Made by a program: the position numbers and the translations under genes
Shown: positions 14,349-23,476 of the stretch, in pieces
Numbering within the stretch: the first letter of the stretch is position 1
How the letters are laid out: each line of letters opens with the position of its first letter
The notes under the pieces: model-generated
The model's database searches: none
What the model saw: the letters and a program-made list of their open reading frames with translations, nothing else
Told to the model about the DNA's origin: nothing
Assembly: GCA_040081365.1 (NCBI GenBank)
Contig: JBEBGT010000001.1
Location: 1-34,891 of the forward strand
Origin: Candidatus Eiseniibacteriota bacterium
Lineage (GTDB): Bacteria; Eisenbacteria; RBG-16-71-46
Length of the DNA: 34,891 bases
Direction of reading: 5' to 3'

Positions 14349-15154
14349 GCAACGTTCGGCGGGCACACGCCGCCGTCGCGCGCCTACCGGAGTACGCCAG
14401 CGAAGCGTTGGGCCTGGCGCTGTTCATGGTCTCGGCATGTGGGTTCGCGCTCGTGCTGGAGCATCCGGGTTCGCCCGTGCGAGAAGCGATCGCACCGTCC
14501 GCGCTGCGCCGCGCACTCATGGGGCTCGCCGTGGGCGCGACGCTCGTGGCGAACGTGCACACGCCGTGGGGGCGCCGCTCGGGGGCGCACTGGAATCCCG
14601 CGGCCACGCTGGCGTTCTGGCGCCTGGGGCATGTGCGCACGGCCGATGCGCTGGCCTACATCCTGGCGCAGTTCGTCGGCGCCGCCACCGGCGCCGCGAT
14701 CGCGGGGCTGTGCGCGCAGGGCGCGCTCGCCGATCCCCACGTGCATTGGGTCGTGACGAAGCCGGGCATGTACGGCTGGCCGGCAGCCTTCGCCGCGGAG
14801 TTCGCCATGGCGTTCGTGCTGTTCACCGTGGTGCTCTGGCTCAGCGCCTCGACGCGACACGCCGGGCTCACGCCGTGGGCGGCCGGTGCGCTCGTGGCGC
14901 TCTACATCACGTTCGAGGCCCCGATCTCGGGTATGAGTTTGAACCCCGCGCGCACGTTCGGCTCGGCGCTGCTCGCGCGCGACTGGAGCGGCTACGCGAT
15001 CTACGTGTTCGCTCCCGCGCTGGCGATGCTCGCGGCCGCGGAGTGGCGCGTGCGGCAGTGCGCGCGCACGGGTCGAGTGATTCCCGGTTGCGCCAAGCTG
15101 CTGCATCGCGCGGAAGACGACTGCGTGTTCTGCGGTCAGCGCGGCGCGATGTAG
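14345..15154 (+). CDS. MIP-family channel (aquaporin/aquaglyceroporin-like) with Cys-rich C-terminal tail
   Basis: Two NPA boxes (SGAHWNPAATLAF and SGMSLNPARTFGSA) and six hydrophobic segments. The N-terminus is placed at GTG 14345 so that ...ARLPEYASEALGLALFM aligns with normal MIP N-termini. The longer ORF from 13745 is Arg-rich junk. The start is uncertain by a few codons. Confidence 0.85.
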   Translation: MSNVRRAHAAVARLPEYASEALGLALFMVSACGFALVLEHPGSPVREAIAPSALRRALMGLAVGATLVANVHTPWGRRSGAHWNPAATLAFWRLGHVRTADALAYILAQFVGAATGAAIAGLCAQGALADPHVHWVVTKPGMYGWPAAFAAEFAMAFVLFTVVLWLSASTRHAGLTPWAAGALVALYITFEAPISGMSLNPARTFGSALLARDWSGYAIYVFAPALAMLAAAEWRVRQCARTGRVIPGCAKLLHRAEDDCVFCGQRGAM

Positions 15155-15265
15155 CGGCGATCGGGAACCTCGCGCGCGCGCGCCGCATTCACGTCGGACA
15201 GAAGGGCGGCACGGCTGCACACGTGTCGCCGACACCGACGGACTTCTTCCCGATGCGAGGTTCCC

Positions 15266-15811
15266 ATGAAGAGAGCATTCCTCACGATCGCCGTGCTCGC
15301 GGCCCTGGGCGCGGCCTGGTACGCGTTCCGGCCCGAGCGTCTGTTCGTGAACCAGGTGGTGAGCGAGCCCGGCCCGGCCGAGGCGATGGCGGCCACGATG
15401 CCGAACAGCACCACGAGCATGAGCGCGATCGACAACGAATACGCCGCCGCCGATGTGCGCGTGCCGCGTGAGCTGGCGGCCGGGAAGTTCCATTCCGGTT
15501 CGCATGAGACCGCCGGCATGGCCACGGTGCAGGAGCTTCCGGGTGGCCAGCGCGTGCTGCGCCTGTCGGGCTTCCACACCTCGAACGGCCCCGATGTGCA
15601 GGTGCTGCTCGTGGCGGCGGACGACGTCACGGACAACGCCACCGTCACGAAGGCGGGCTTCATCCACGTGGCCGCGCTCAAGGGCAATGTCGGTGACCAG
15701 AACTACGAGCTGCCCGCGAACGTCGACCTGTCCAAGTACCGCTCGGTCACGATCTGGTGCCGCCGCTTCGGCGTGAACTTCGGCACCGCACCGCTCATGG
15801 CGCGCTCGTGA
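15266..15811 (+). CDS. DM13 domain-containing protein (secreted or membrane-anchored)
   Basis: GAGG lies upstream of ATG 15266. N-terminal anchor AFLTIAVLAALGAAWYAF. The DM13 pattern is GKFHSGSHETAGMATVQELPGGQRVLRLSGFHTSNGPDVQVLL...YRSVTIWCRRFGVNFG. Confidence 0.8.
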   Translation: MKRAFLTIAVLAALGAAWYAFRPERLFVNQVVSEPGPAEAMAATMPNSTTSMSAIDNEYAAADVRVPRELAAGKFHSGSHETAGMATVQELPGGQRVLRLSGFHTSNGPDVQVLLVAADDVTDNATVTKAGFIHVAALKGNVGDQNYELPANVDLSKYRSVTIWCRRFGVNFGTAPLMARS

Positions 15812-15870
15812 TGTTCGCGAACTTGAACCAGGTCTCATCCACCCCGACCTCTCACTCGAGGAGAATCGTC

Positions 15871-16608
15871 ATGCACAAGCTCTCGCGTTTCTTCGCCATC
15901 GCCGCGTTCGCGGCTCTCGTCTCGGTCCCGGCGGTCCAGGCCAAGCCCGCCATGAAGGGCCAGACCACCTTCACGGTCCGTATCGAGAACGTCTCGACGC
16001 CGGCCACGCTCAAGCTGATGGCGGGCGGCACCGCGCCCGCACCCCACTCGCCCGGTGCGTGGGTCGTGCAGGAGATGCCGTCGCGCCTCTTCCAGTCCGG
16101 CAAGGTGCAGGCTGGCTGGGGCCTCGAGATGCAGGCCGAGGACGGCAACCCGTCGATGCTCGCGGAGCACTGCATGCACCACGAGGGCGTGCTTTCGGCC
16201 GGCGTGTTCAACACGCCGAAGGGCGATGACAAGCCGGGGCCGGCGTTCCCGGGTAAGGCGTACGAGTTCACCGTCTCGGCGAAGCCCGGCGACCGCCTGG
16301 CGTTCACCAGCATGTTCGGCCAGTCGAACGACACGTTCTTCGCGCCGGATGACAAGGGCATCGCGCTGTTCGTGAACGGCCGCCCCATGAGCGGCGACGT
16401 GACGTCGCAGGTGTTCCTGTGGGACGCGGGCACCGAGGTGAACGAGGAGCCGGGTGCGGGCCCGAATCAAGCCCCACGCCAGAGCGCGCCGAACACCGGC
16501 CCGAGCGAGTCGAAGTCGGTCGCCAAGGTCCAAGACCAGTACACGTGGCCCAAGGTCTCGAATGTGATCCGGGTCACCGTCACGCCGGTCCTCACGGCCG
16601 CCAACTGA
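15871..16608 (+). CDS. Spondin_N domain-containing secreted protein
   Basis: GAGGAGAATCGTC precedes ATG 15871. Signal peptide FFAIAAFAALVSVPAVQA. Motifs FTVRIENVS, SPGAWVVQ, MQAEDGNPSML, SMFGQSNDTFFAP and LWDAGTEVNEEPGAGPNQAPRQ are typical of bacterial spondin_N proteins. Confidence 0.8.
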   Translation: MHKLSRFFAIAAFAALVSVPAVQAKPAMKGQTTFTVRIENVSTPATLKLMAGGTAPAPHSPGAWVVQEMPSRLFQSGKVQAGWGLEMQAEDGNPSMLAEHCMHHEGVLSAGVFNTPKGDDKPGPAFPGKAYEFTVSAKPGDRLAFTSMFGQSNDTFFAPDDKGIALFVNGRPMSGDVTSQVFLWDAGTEVNEEPGAGPNQAPRQSAPNTGPSESKSVAKVQDQYTWPKVSNVIRVTVTPVLTAAN

Positions 16609-16687
16609 AGTCCGCGGCCAGGTGGCCCGGGGCGCACCGCCCCGGGCCTCCGAGCGCGAACCACCTTCCAGCACTCGGAGCGCGATC

Positions 16688-18289
16688 ATGAGCAACCACT
16701 GGGACGTCCTCATCATCGGCAGCGGCGCCGGTGGCGGCACTCTGGCCTGGGCGCTCGCCCGGACCGGAAAGCGCATCCTGGTCGTGGAGCGTGGCGACTA
16801 CGTGAAGCGTGAAGCACAGAACTGGAGCACCAAGGCCGCGGTGCTCGAGGGCCGCTACAACAATGCCGAGCGCTGGCTGGACGGCAAGGGCAACGAGTTC
16901 CAGGCCGGCACGCACTACTTCGTGGGCGGCAACACCAAGTTCTACGGCGCGGCCCTGTTGCGTATGCGCGAGGCCGACTTCGGCGAGGTGCGGCACGCGG
17001 GCGGGATCTCGCCCGCGTGGCCGGTGTCGTACTCCGAGTTCGAACCGCACTACACCGCGGCCGAGCGGCTCTACCACGTGCATGGCACGCGCGGCGAAGA
17101 CCCGACCGAGCCGTGGGCGAGCGCGCCCTACGCGCATCCCGCGGTGAGTCACGAGCCGCGCATCCAGGCCCTGCACGACGGCCTCGCCGCGCTCGGGCAC
17201 AAGCCGTTCCACGTGCCGATCGCCGTGATGCTGGACGAACAGGACGCGCGCCAGAGCGCTTGCATCCGCTGCGCCACCTGTGACGGGCACCCGTGCCTTG
17301 TGAATGCGAAGGCTGACGCGCAGGTGTGCTGTATCGATCCCGCGCTCGCCTCCGGCAGCGTGCAGTTGTACACGAACACGTTGGTCGAGCGCCTGCTCAC
17401 GTCGGCGAGCGGTCGCGAGATCACCGGGGTCGAGGTCGTGAAGGATGGTGAGCGCCTGACGCTGCACGCCGACGTCGTGGTGTCGAGTGCAGGCGCGATC
17501 AACTCGGCCGCCCTGCTGCTGCGTTCGGCGAACGGCGTGCACCCGCACGGGCTCGCGAACGGCTCCGGCCAGTTGGGCCGCAACTACATGTGCCACCTGA
17601 ACTCGGTGATGCTCGCGGTGTCGCTGTGCCCGAACCCGACCGTGTTCCAGAAGACCTTTGCGCTCAACGATTTCTACCACGGCGACGCCGAGTGGCCGTA
17701 CCCGATGGGCCACATCTCGTTCGTGGGCAAGACCGACGAGTACGTGCTCGCGGCCGGCGCGCCGAAGTTCGTGCCGGGCTGGACGCTCGGCCAGATGGCG
17801 CAGCACTCGCTCGACTTCTGGCTCACGTCCGAGGACCTGCCGAACGCCGACAATCGCGTGACCGTGACCCGCGACGGCCGCACGCAGCTCACGTACACGG
17901 CGAACAACACCGAGGGGCACACGCGGCTCCAGGCCAAGCTCCAGTCGCTGCTGGGCCGCATCCCGTGCCCCGAGCATGGCGCGGGCTGCCTCAAGGGTGT
18001 GTCGCACCTGAACGCGTACATCGGCAAGCGCATCCCACTCGCGGGTGTGGCGCACCAGAACGGCACCGCGCGCTTCGGCACCGATCCGCGCACCTCGGTG
18101 CTCGACACGAACTGCCGCACGCACGAGATCGACAACCTGTACGTGGTCGATGGCAGTTTCTTCCCGTCGAGCTCGGCCGTGAACCCCGCACTCACGATCA
18201 TGGCGAATGCCCTGCGCGTGGCCGAGCACTTGAAGACCCGTCTCGGGGCGCTCGACGCCGCGGGACTCGTGATGGGGGCCGTGCGATGA
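16688..18289 (+). CDS. GMC-family FAD-dependent oxidoreductase
   Basis: ATG 16688 follows GGAG. The Rossmann motif DVLIIGSGAGGGTLAWALA starts at residue 6. SAGAINSAALLLRS and the C-terminal DNLYVVDGSFFPSSSAVNPALTIMANALR are GMC_oxred hallmarks. Confidence 0.9.
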   Translation: MSNHWDVLIIGSGAGGGTLAWALARTGKRILVVERGDYVKREAQNWSTKAAVLEGRYNNAERWLDGKGNEFQAGTHYFVGGNTKFYGAALLRMREADFGEVRHAGGISPAWPVSYSEFEPHYTAAERLYHVHGTRGEDPTEPWASAPYAHPAVSHEPRIQALHDGLAALGHKPFHVPIAVMLDEQDARQSACIRCATCDGHPCLVNAKADAQVCCIDPALASGSVQLYTNTLVERLLTSASGREITGVEVVKDGERLTLHADVVVSSAGAINSAALLLRSANGVHPHGLANGSGQLGRNYMCHLNSVMLAVSLCPNPTVFQKTFALNDFYHGDAEWPYPMGHISFVGKTDEYVLAAGAPKFVPGWTLGQMAQHSLDFWLTSEDLPNADNRVTVTRDGRTQLTYTANNTEGHTRLQAKLQSLLGRIPCPEHGAGCLKGVSHLNAYIGKRIPLAGVAHQNGTARFGTDPRTSVLDTNCRTHEIDNLYVVDGSFFPSSSAVNPALTIMANALRVAEHLKTRLGALDAAGLVMGAVR

Positions 18290-19401
18290 GCGGCGCCGTG
18301 TGGCGGGCGGTGTCGCGTGTGAGCACGGTCCTCGCGCCTGTGGTTCTCCGGGAGTCGTGGCGGACGACCGCGCGGACGGGGGCTCGCGTGGGCACGGGCC
18401 TGCTCGCCTGCATCCTCGCCGTCACGTTCCCGGTGGACTTCGTGGCCGCGGCGTCCGCGGCCGCTCCGCTCGTGACCGCGGTGGGGCCGGTGGGCATGAC
18501 GGTGTCCGACATGGATCGCTCGATCGAGTTCTACACGCACGTGCTGAGCTTCGAGAAGCGCTCCGACGTCGAGATCGCGGGCGAGGCGTTCGAGCACCTG
18601 ACCGGCGTGTTCGGTGCGCGGGCGCGCGTGGTGCGGCTGGCGCTCGGCGACGAACAACTCGAGCTGACGCAGTACCTGGCACCCGAGGGCCGGCCGTTCC
18701 CCGCGCTGTCGCGCGGCAACGACCGCTGGTTCCAGCACGTGGCGATCATCGTGAGCGACATGGACCGCGCGTACGCACGGCTGCGCGAGTTCAAGGTGCA
18801 GCGCGCCTCCACCGGGCCGCAGCGCATCCCGGACTGGAACCACGGGGCGGCCGGCATCCGCGCGTTCTACTTCCGCGATCCCGACGGACACTTCCTCGAG
18901 ATCCTGTCGTTCCCGCCCGACAAGGGTGCGGCCAAGTGGCACGCCACCGACCGGCTGTTCCTCGGCATCGACCACACGGCCATCGTCGTGAGCGACACCG
19001 ACGCCAGTCTGCGCTTCTACCGCGACGCGCTCGGCCTCCGGGTGGCGGGCGAGGGTGAGAACCACGGCACCGAGCAGGAGCACCTGAACAACGTGTTCGG
19101 TGCGCGCCTGCGCATCACGAGCGTGCGCGCGGCGGCAGGCCCGGCGATCGAGTTCCTCGAGTACCTCGCACCCGGCGACGGCCGGCCCTACCCGGCCGAT
19201 GCGCATGCGAACGACCTCGTGCACTGGCAGACGCGACTGGTCACGAGCGGCCTCGAGTCCGCGTATCGGGCGCTGCGAGCGCAACACGGCACGTTCATTT
19301 CCAGCGGTCCCGTGGCACTGCCGGACACGGCGCTGGGTTTCCGCAGCGGACTACTCGTGCGTGATCCCGATGGACACGCCATGGAGGTGGTGGAGCGATG
19401 A
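18286..19401 (+). CDS. Two-domain VOC (glyoxalase/bleomycin-resistance/dioxygenase) family protein with N-terminal hydrophobic segment
   Basis: ATG 18286 overlaps the GMC stop (ATGA). There are two VOC modules (GMTVSDMDRSIEFYTHVLSF...FRDPDGHFLEI and IDHTAIVVSDTDASLRFYRDALGL...VRDPDGHAMEV). The TM/signal-like stretch is GTGLLACILAVTFPVDFVAAASAAA. Confidence 0.85.
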   Translation: MSGAVWRAVSRVSTVLAPVVLRESWRTTARTGARVGTGLLACILAVTFPVDFVAAASAAAPLVTAVGPVGMTVSDMDRSIEFYTHVLSFEKRSDVEIAGEAFEHLTGVFGARARVVRLALGDEQLELTQYLAPEGRPFPALSRGNDRWFQHVAIIVSDMDRAYARLREFKVQRASTGPQRIPDWNHGAAGIRAFYFRDPDGHFLEILSFPPDKGAAKWHATDRLFLGIDHTAIVVSDTDASLRFYRDALGLRVAGEGENHGTEQEHLNNVFGARLRITSVRAAAGPAIEFLEYLAPGDGRPYPADAHANDLVHWQTRLVTSGLESAYRALRAQHGTFISSGPVALPDTALGFRSGLLVRDPDGHAMEVVER

Positions 19402-20600
19402 GCACGATCGACGAACGCATGCGCGGCACGGGGTCGGCCGCAGCGGCCATGAACGCGGCCGGCATGACCGGGCGCAGCACGGTGAGCCGCGGCACGATGC
19501 GGGCCGTGGCCGTGCATCCCGGCCGCGCGCACACGGCGCACCTCGCCACCATCCCGCGGCCGTTGTTGTCGGATGTCGCCGACGAGCGTGGCGTGCTCGT
19601 GCGCATCTTGTCGGTGGGTGTCGATGGCACCGACAAGGAGATCGACGCCGCCGAGTACGGCATGGCGCCCGCGGGCGACGACTACCTGGTGCTCGGGCAT
19701 GAGAGCTTCGGCCGCGTGGAGGCGGTGGGCGCGGCGGTGCGCGAGTTCGCACCGGGCGACCTCGTCGTGGCCACGGTGCGGCGGCCGGGCGCCAGCCTGT
19801 ACGACCGCATCGGCACCTACGACATGACCACCGACGACACCTATTACGAACGCGGGATCAACCTGCGTCATGGCTACCTCACCGAGTGGATCGTGGAGGA
19901 CCCCGAGTACCTGGTGAAGGTGCCGCAGGGTCTGGCGCACACCGGTGTGCTGCTGGAACCCACGTCGGTCGTGGAGAAGGGCATCGCGCAGGCGTACGAG
20001 ATCCAGCGTCGGCTGCGCGTCTGGCGCCCGCGGCGCGCCGCCGTGACCGGCGCCGGCACGGTGGGGCTGCTGGCGGCCCTGGCGCTGCGACTGCGCGGGC
20101 TCGACGTGACCGTGTTCGGCCGCACCGCGCGGCCCTACCTGAACTCCGACCTCGTCGAGGCGCTGGGAGCGCGCTACCTGAGCACCGCCGAGATGCCGTT
20201 GCCCGAGGGGGCCAAGCGCCACGGCCCGTTCGATCTCGTGTTCGAGGCCTCGGGTTTCTCGCCGCTGGTGTTCGATGGCATGGGGGCCCTGGCCAAGAAC
20301 GGCGTCCTGGTGCTCTCCAGCGTGACCGGCGGCGACCGACACTCCGAAGTGGCCTCGGATCGCCTGAACCTCGACTTCGTGCTCGGAAACAAGGTCATGG
20401 TGGGCACGGTGAACGCGAATCGCGAGTACTTCGAGGCCGGGGTGCGTGACCACGCGCTCGCCGAGGCGCAGTATCCGGGCTGGCTCTCCCGGTTGATCAC
20501 GCATCGCGTACCGGGGCTCGAGCGCTATCGTGAGCTCTTCGGCACGCTCACGAGCGGCACGGGTGTCATCAAAGTGGTGTGCGATGTCGCGGCGCAGTGA
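19398..20600 (+). CDS. Glucose 1-dehydrogenase, zinc-dependent MDR type (archaeal-type GDH)
   Basis: ATG 19398 overlaps the VOC stop (ATGA). An alternative start is Met34 (MRAVAVHPG, nt 19497), which matches the usual N-terminus. Block-wise resemblance to haloarchaeal/Sulfolobus glucose dehydrogenases: [63 protein letters not shown] and [14 protein letters not shown]. Confidence 0.8.
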   Translation: MSTIDERMRGTGSAAAAMNAAGMTGRSTVSRGTMRAVAVHPGRAHTAHLATIPRPLLSDVADERGVLVRILSVGVDGTDKEIDAAEYGMAPAGDDYLVLGHESFGRVEAVGAAVREFAPGDLVVATVRRPGASLYDRIGTYDMTTDDTYYERGINLRHGYLTEWIVEDPEYLVKVPQGLAHTGVLLEPTSVVEKGIAQAYEIQRRLRVWRPRRAAVTGAGTVGLLAALALRLRGLDVTVFGRTARPYLNSDLVEALGARYLSTAEMPLPEGAKRHGPFDLVFEASGFSPLVFDGMGALAKNGVLVLSSVTGGDRHSEVASDRLNLDFVLGNKVMVGTVNANREYFEAGVRDHALAEAQYPGWLSRLITHRVPGLERYRELFGTLTSGTGVIKVVCDVAAQ

Positions 20601-20646
20601 AGTCACGCGCGCGCTCGCGGCCGAACGCGGCACGGAGGCCGGCTCC

Positions 20647-23379
20647 ATGGCGGACATCGAACGGCAGCGTCTGGCGGAGGACACCGCGCGCACGCGCAAC
20701 TGGAAGCGCTGGGGCCCGTACCTGGCCGAGCGCCAGTGGGGCACGGTGCGCGAGGACTACTCCGCCGACGGCACGGCGTGGGATTCGTTCCCGCACGATC
20801 ACGCCCGCAGCCGGGCCTACCGCTGGGGCGAGGATGGCCTGCTCGGGGTGTCCGACCGCGAGGGCCGGCTGTGCCTGGCTCTCGCACTGTGGAACGGTCG
20901 CGACCCCATCTTGAAGGAGCGGCTCTTCGGCCTGTCGGGTCCCGAGGGCAATCACGGCGAGGACGTGAAGGAGGAGTACTTCTACCTGGACTCCACGCCC
21001 ACGCACTCGTACATGAAGGCGCTGTACAAGTACCCGCAGGACGAGTTCCCGTATGCGCGACTCGTGCACGAGAACGCCGGCCGTGGGCAGGGCGAGCCCG
21101 AGTTCGAGCTCGCCGACAGCGGCGTGTTCGACGCCGGCCGCTACTGGGACGTGACCGCGGAGTACGCCAAGGCGTCGCCCGACGACGTGCTGCTCAAGAT
21201 CACGATCGCCAACCGTGGCCCCGAGGCCGCCGAGCTGCACGTGCTGCCCACGCTGTGGTTCCGGAACACCTGGAGCTGGGGGCGCTCGGGCGAAGGCTAC
21301 TGGGGCCGGCCCGAGATCAAGCGCGCGGCGGGCGGCGGGCTCATGACGACCCACGAGTCGCTGGGTGAGATGCGCTTCCATGCCGAAGCGGACGAGGGCG
21401 GCGAGCCGCTGTGGCTGTTCACCGACAACGAGACCAACGCGCAGCGTCTGTGGGGTGCGGCCAACGCCACACCGTACGTGAAGGACGCATTCCACGAGCG
21501 TGTGGTGAACGGGCGTGTCGATGCCGTGAATCCCGCCGGCACCGGCTCACGCGCCGCAGCGTGGTATCGCGTCGAGGTGCCCGCGGGGGAGAGCCGCGTG
21601 CTGCGCGTGCGCCTGCGCGCGGCCGCGGAGGCGGGCAGCGCGCCGTTCGGCGCCGGGTTCGAGCGCGTGTTCGCCGACCGCAAGGCCGAAGCCGACGCCT
21701 TCTACGACGACGTGCACGGCCCGGCCCTCAATGCGGAGGAACGCGCGGTGTCGCGGCAGTGCTATGCCGGACTCCTGTGGAGCAAGCAGTTCTTCCACTA
21801 TGTGGTGAAGCACTGGCTCGAGGGTGACCCCGCACAGCCGCCGCCGCCAGCGGGGCGCATGCAGGGCCGCAACAGCGAATGGGGGCATCTCTACAACCGC
21901 GACGTGATCTCGATGCCCGACAAGTGGGAGTACCCGTGGTACGCCGCGTGGGATCTGGCGTTCCATATGATCCCCATGGCCAAGGTGGACCCCGAGTTCG
22001 CGAAGAGCCAACTGTTGTTGTTCCTGCGCGAGTGGTACATGCACCCCAACGGCCAGTTGCCAGCGTACGAGTGGGCGCTGGGCGACGTGAACCCGCCCGT
22101 GCACGCGTGGGCGGTGTGGCGCGTGTACAAGCTCACCGGCGAGAAGGGCGGGCGCGACCGGTTGTTCCTCGAGCGCGCTTTCCAGAAGCTGCTCATCAAC
22201 TTCACGTGGTGGGTGAACCGCAAGGACGTCGATGGCCACAACATCTTCAGCGGGGGCTTCCTGGGGCTCGACAACATCGGCGTGTTCGACCGCTCGAAGC
22301 CGCTGCCCACGGGTGGGCACCTGGAGCAGGCGGACGGCACGGCGTGGATGGCGTTCTACTGCACGACCATGTTGGCGATCGCCATCGAACTGGCCGTGGA
22401 TGACCCGGCCTACGAGGACGTGGCCAGCAAGTTCATCGAGCACTTCGTGGCGATCTCCGACGCCATGAACTCGCTCGGCGGCACCGGGCTGTGGGACGAA
22501 CAGGACGGCTTCTACTACGACCAACTGCACGTGGACGGCCGCAACATCCCCATGCGCATCCGCTCGATGGTGGGGCTGATCCCGCTGTTCGCGAGCGAGG
22601 TGCTCGAGCAAGCGAACGTGGACCGGCTGCCCGGGCTCAAGAAGCGGCTGGACTGGTTCGTCGCGAACCGGCCAGACCTCGCCCGCAACATCGCGCACAT
22701 GGACTCCGGCGAGTACGGCCACACCGGCCATCGCCTGCTCGGCATTCCGTCGCGGGAACGGCTCGAGCGCGTGCTCAAGGTACTGTTCGACGAGCGCGAG
22801 TTCTTGTCGCCGTACGGGGTGCGCGCGCTGTCGGCGGCGTATCGCGAGCAACCCTACGTGTTCCGCGCCAACGGCGAGGACCACCGCGTCACCTACACAC
22901 CGGGCGAGTCCGACACCGGATTGTTCGGTGGCAATTCCAATTGGCGCGGGCCGGTGTGGTTCCCGGTCAACTACCTGCTCATCGAGTCGCTGGAGCGCTA
23001 CCACCACTTCTATGGGGACAGCCTCAAGGTGGAGTGCCCGGCCGGCAGCGGGAAGTTCATCAACCTGCGCGAGGCCGCGCGCGAGATCGCCGGCCGCATG
23101 GCCACGCTGTTCCTGCCCGACGCACGCGGTGCGCGACCTTGTCACGGAGGCGCCGAGCGGTTCACGAGCGACCCCCACTGGCGCGATCTGGTGCTGTTCC
23201 ACGAGTACTTCCACGGCGACAACGGCCGCGGCGTGGGGGCCAGTCACCAGACCGGCTGGACGGCGCTCGCCGTGCGCTGCATCGAGAAGCGCGCGGCGGC
23301 ACGCGCGGAAGCAACCATGCCCGTGGCGCACACCAACGGCCATCCGCTGCGGCCCGGCGTGGCGCGCGCAGGGCGCTGA
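20647..23379 (+). CDS. GH63-like glycoside hydrolase (MGH/mannosyl-oligosaccharide-glucosidase-like glucosidase)
   Basis: ATG 20647 has GGAGG 8 nt upstream. The characteristic N-terminus is [47 protein letters not shown]. The (alpha/alpha)6 region has [46 protein letters not shown] and [22 protein letters not shown]. Confidence 0.85.
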   Translation: MADIERQRLAEDTARTRNWKRWGPYLAERQWGTVREDYSADGTAWDSFPHDHARSRAYRWGEDGLLGVSDREGRLCLALALWNGRDPILKERLFGLSGPEGNHGEDVKEEYFYLDSTPTHSYMKALYKYPQDEFPYARLVHENAGRGQGEPEFELADSGVFDAGRYWDVTAEYAKASPDDVLLKITIANRGPEAAELHVLPTLWFRNTWSWGRSGEGYWGRPEIKRAAGGGLMTTHESLGEMRFHAEADEGGEPLWLFTDNETNAQRLWGAANATPYVKDAFHERVVNGRVDAVNPAGTGSRAAAWYRVEVPAGESRVLRVRLRAAAEAGSAPFGAGFERVFADRKAEADAFYDDVHGPALNAEERAVSRQCYAGLLWSKQFFHYVVKHWLEGDPAQPPPPAGRMQGRNSEWGHLYNRDVISMPDKWEYPWYAAWDLAFHMIPMAKVDPEFAKSQLLLFLREWYMHPNGQLPAYEWALGDVNPPVHAWAVWRVYKLTGEKGGRDRLFLERAFQKLLINFTWWVNRKDVDGHNIFSGGFLGLDNIGVFDRSKPLPTGGHLEQADGTAWMAFYCTTMLAIAIELAVDDPAYEDVASKFIEHFVAISDAMNSLGGTGLWDEQDGFYYDQLHVDGRNIPMRIRSMVGLIPLFASEVLEQANVDRLPGLKKRLDWFVANRPDLARNIAHMDSGEYGHTGHRLLGIPSRERLERVLKVLFDEREFLSPYGVRALSAAYREQPYVFRANGEDHRVTYTPGESDTGLFGGNSNWRGPVWFPVNYLLIESLERYHHFYGDSLKVECPAGSGKFINLREAAREIAGRMATLFLPDARGARPCHGGAERFTSDPHWRDLVLFHEYFHGDNGRGVGASHQTGWTALAVRCIEKRAAARAEATMPVAHTNGHPLRPGVARAGR

Positions 23380-23476
23380 CGTGGCGACGCGTTCGTTGGT
23401 ACGGAATGCGGTGGCGCGTACCGCAGCGAGCCGCGCGCGCGATCACGCGCTGGCCGAGGCGGCCGACGCGGCGGCG

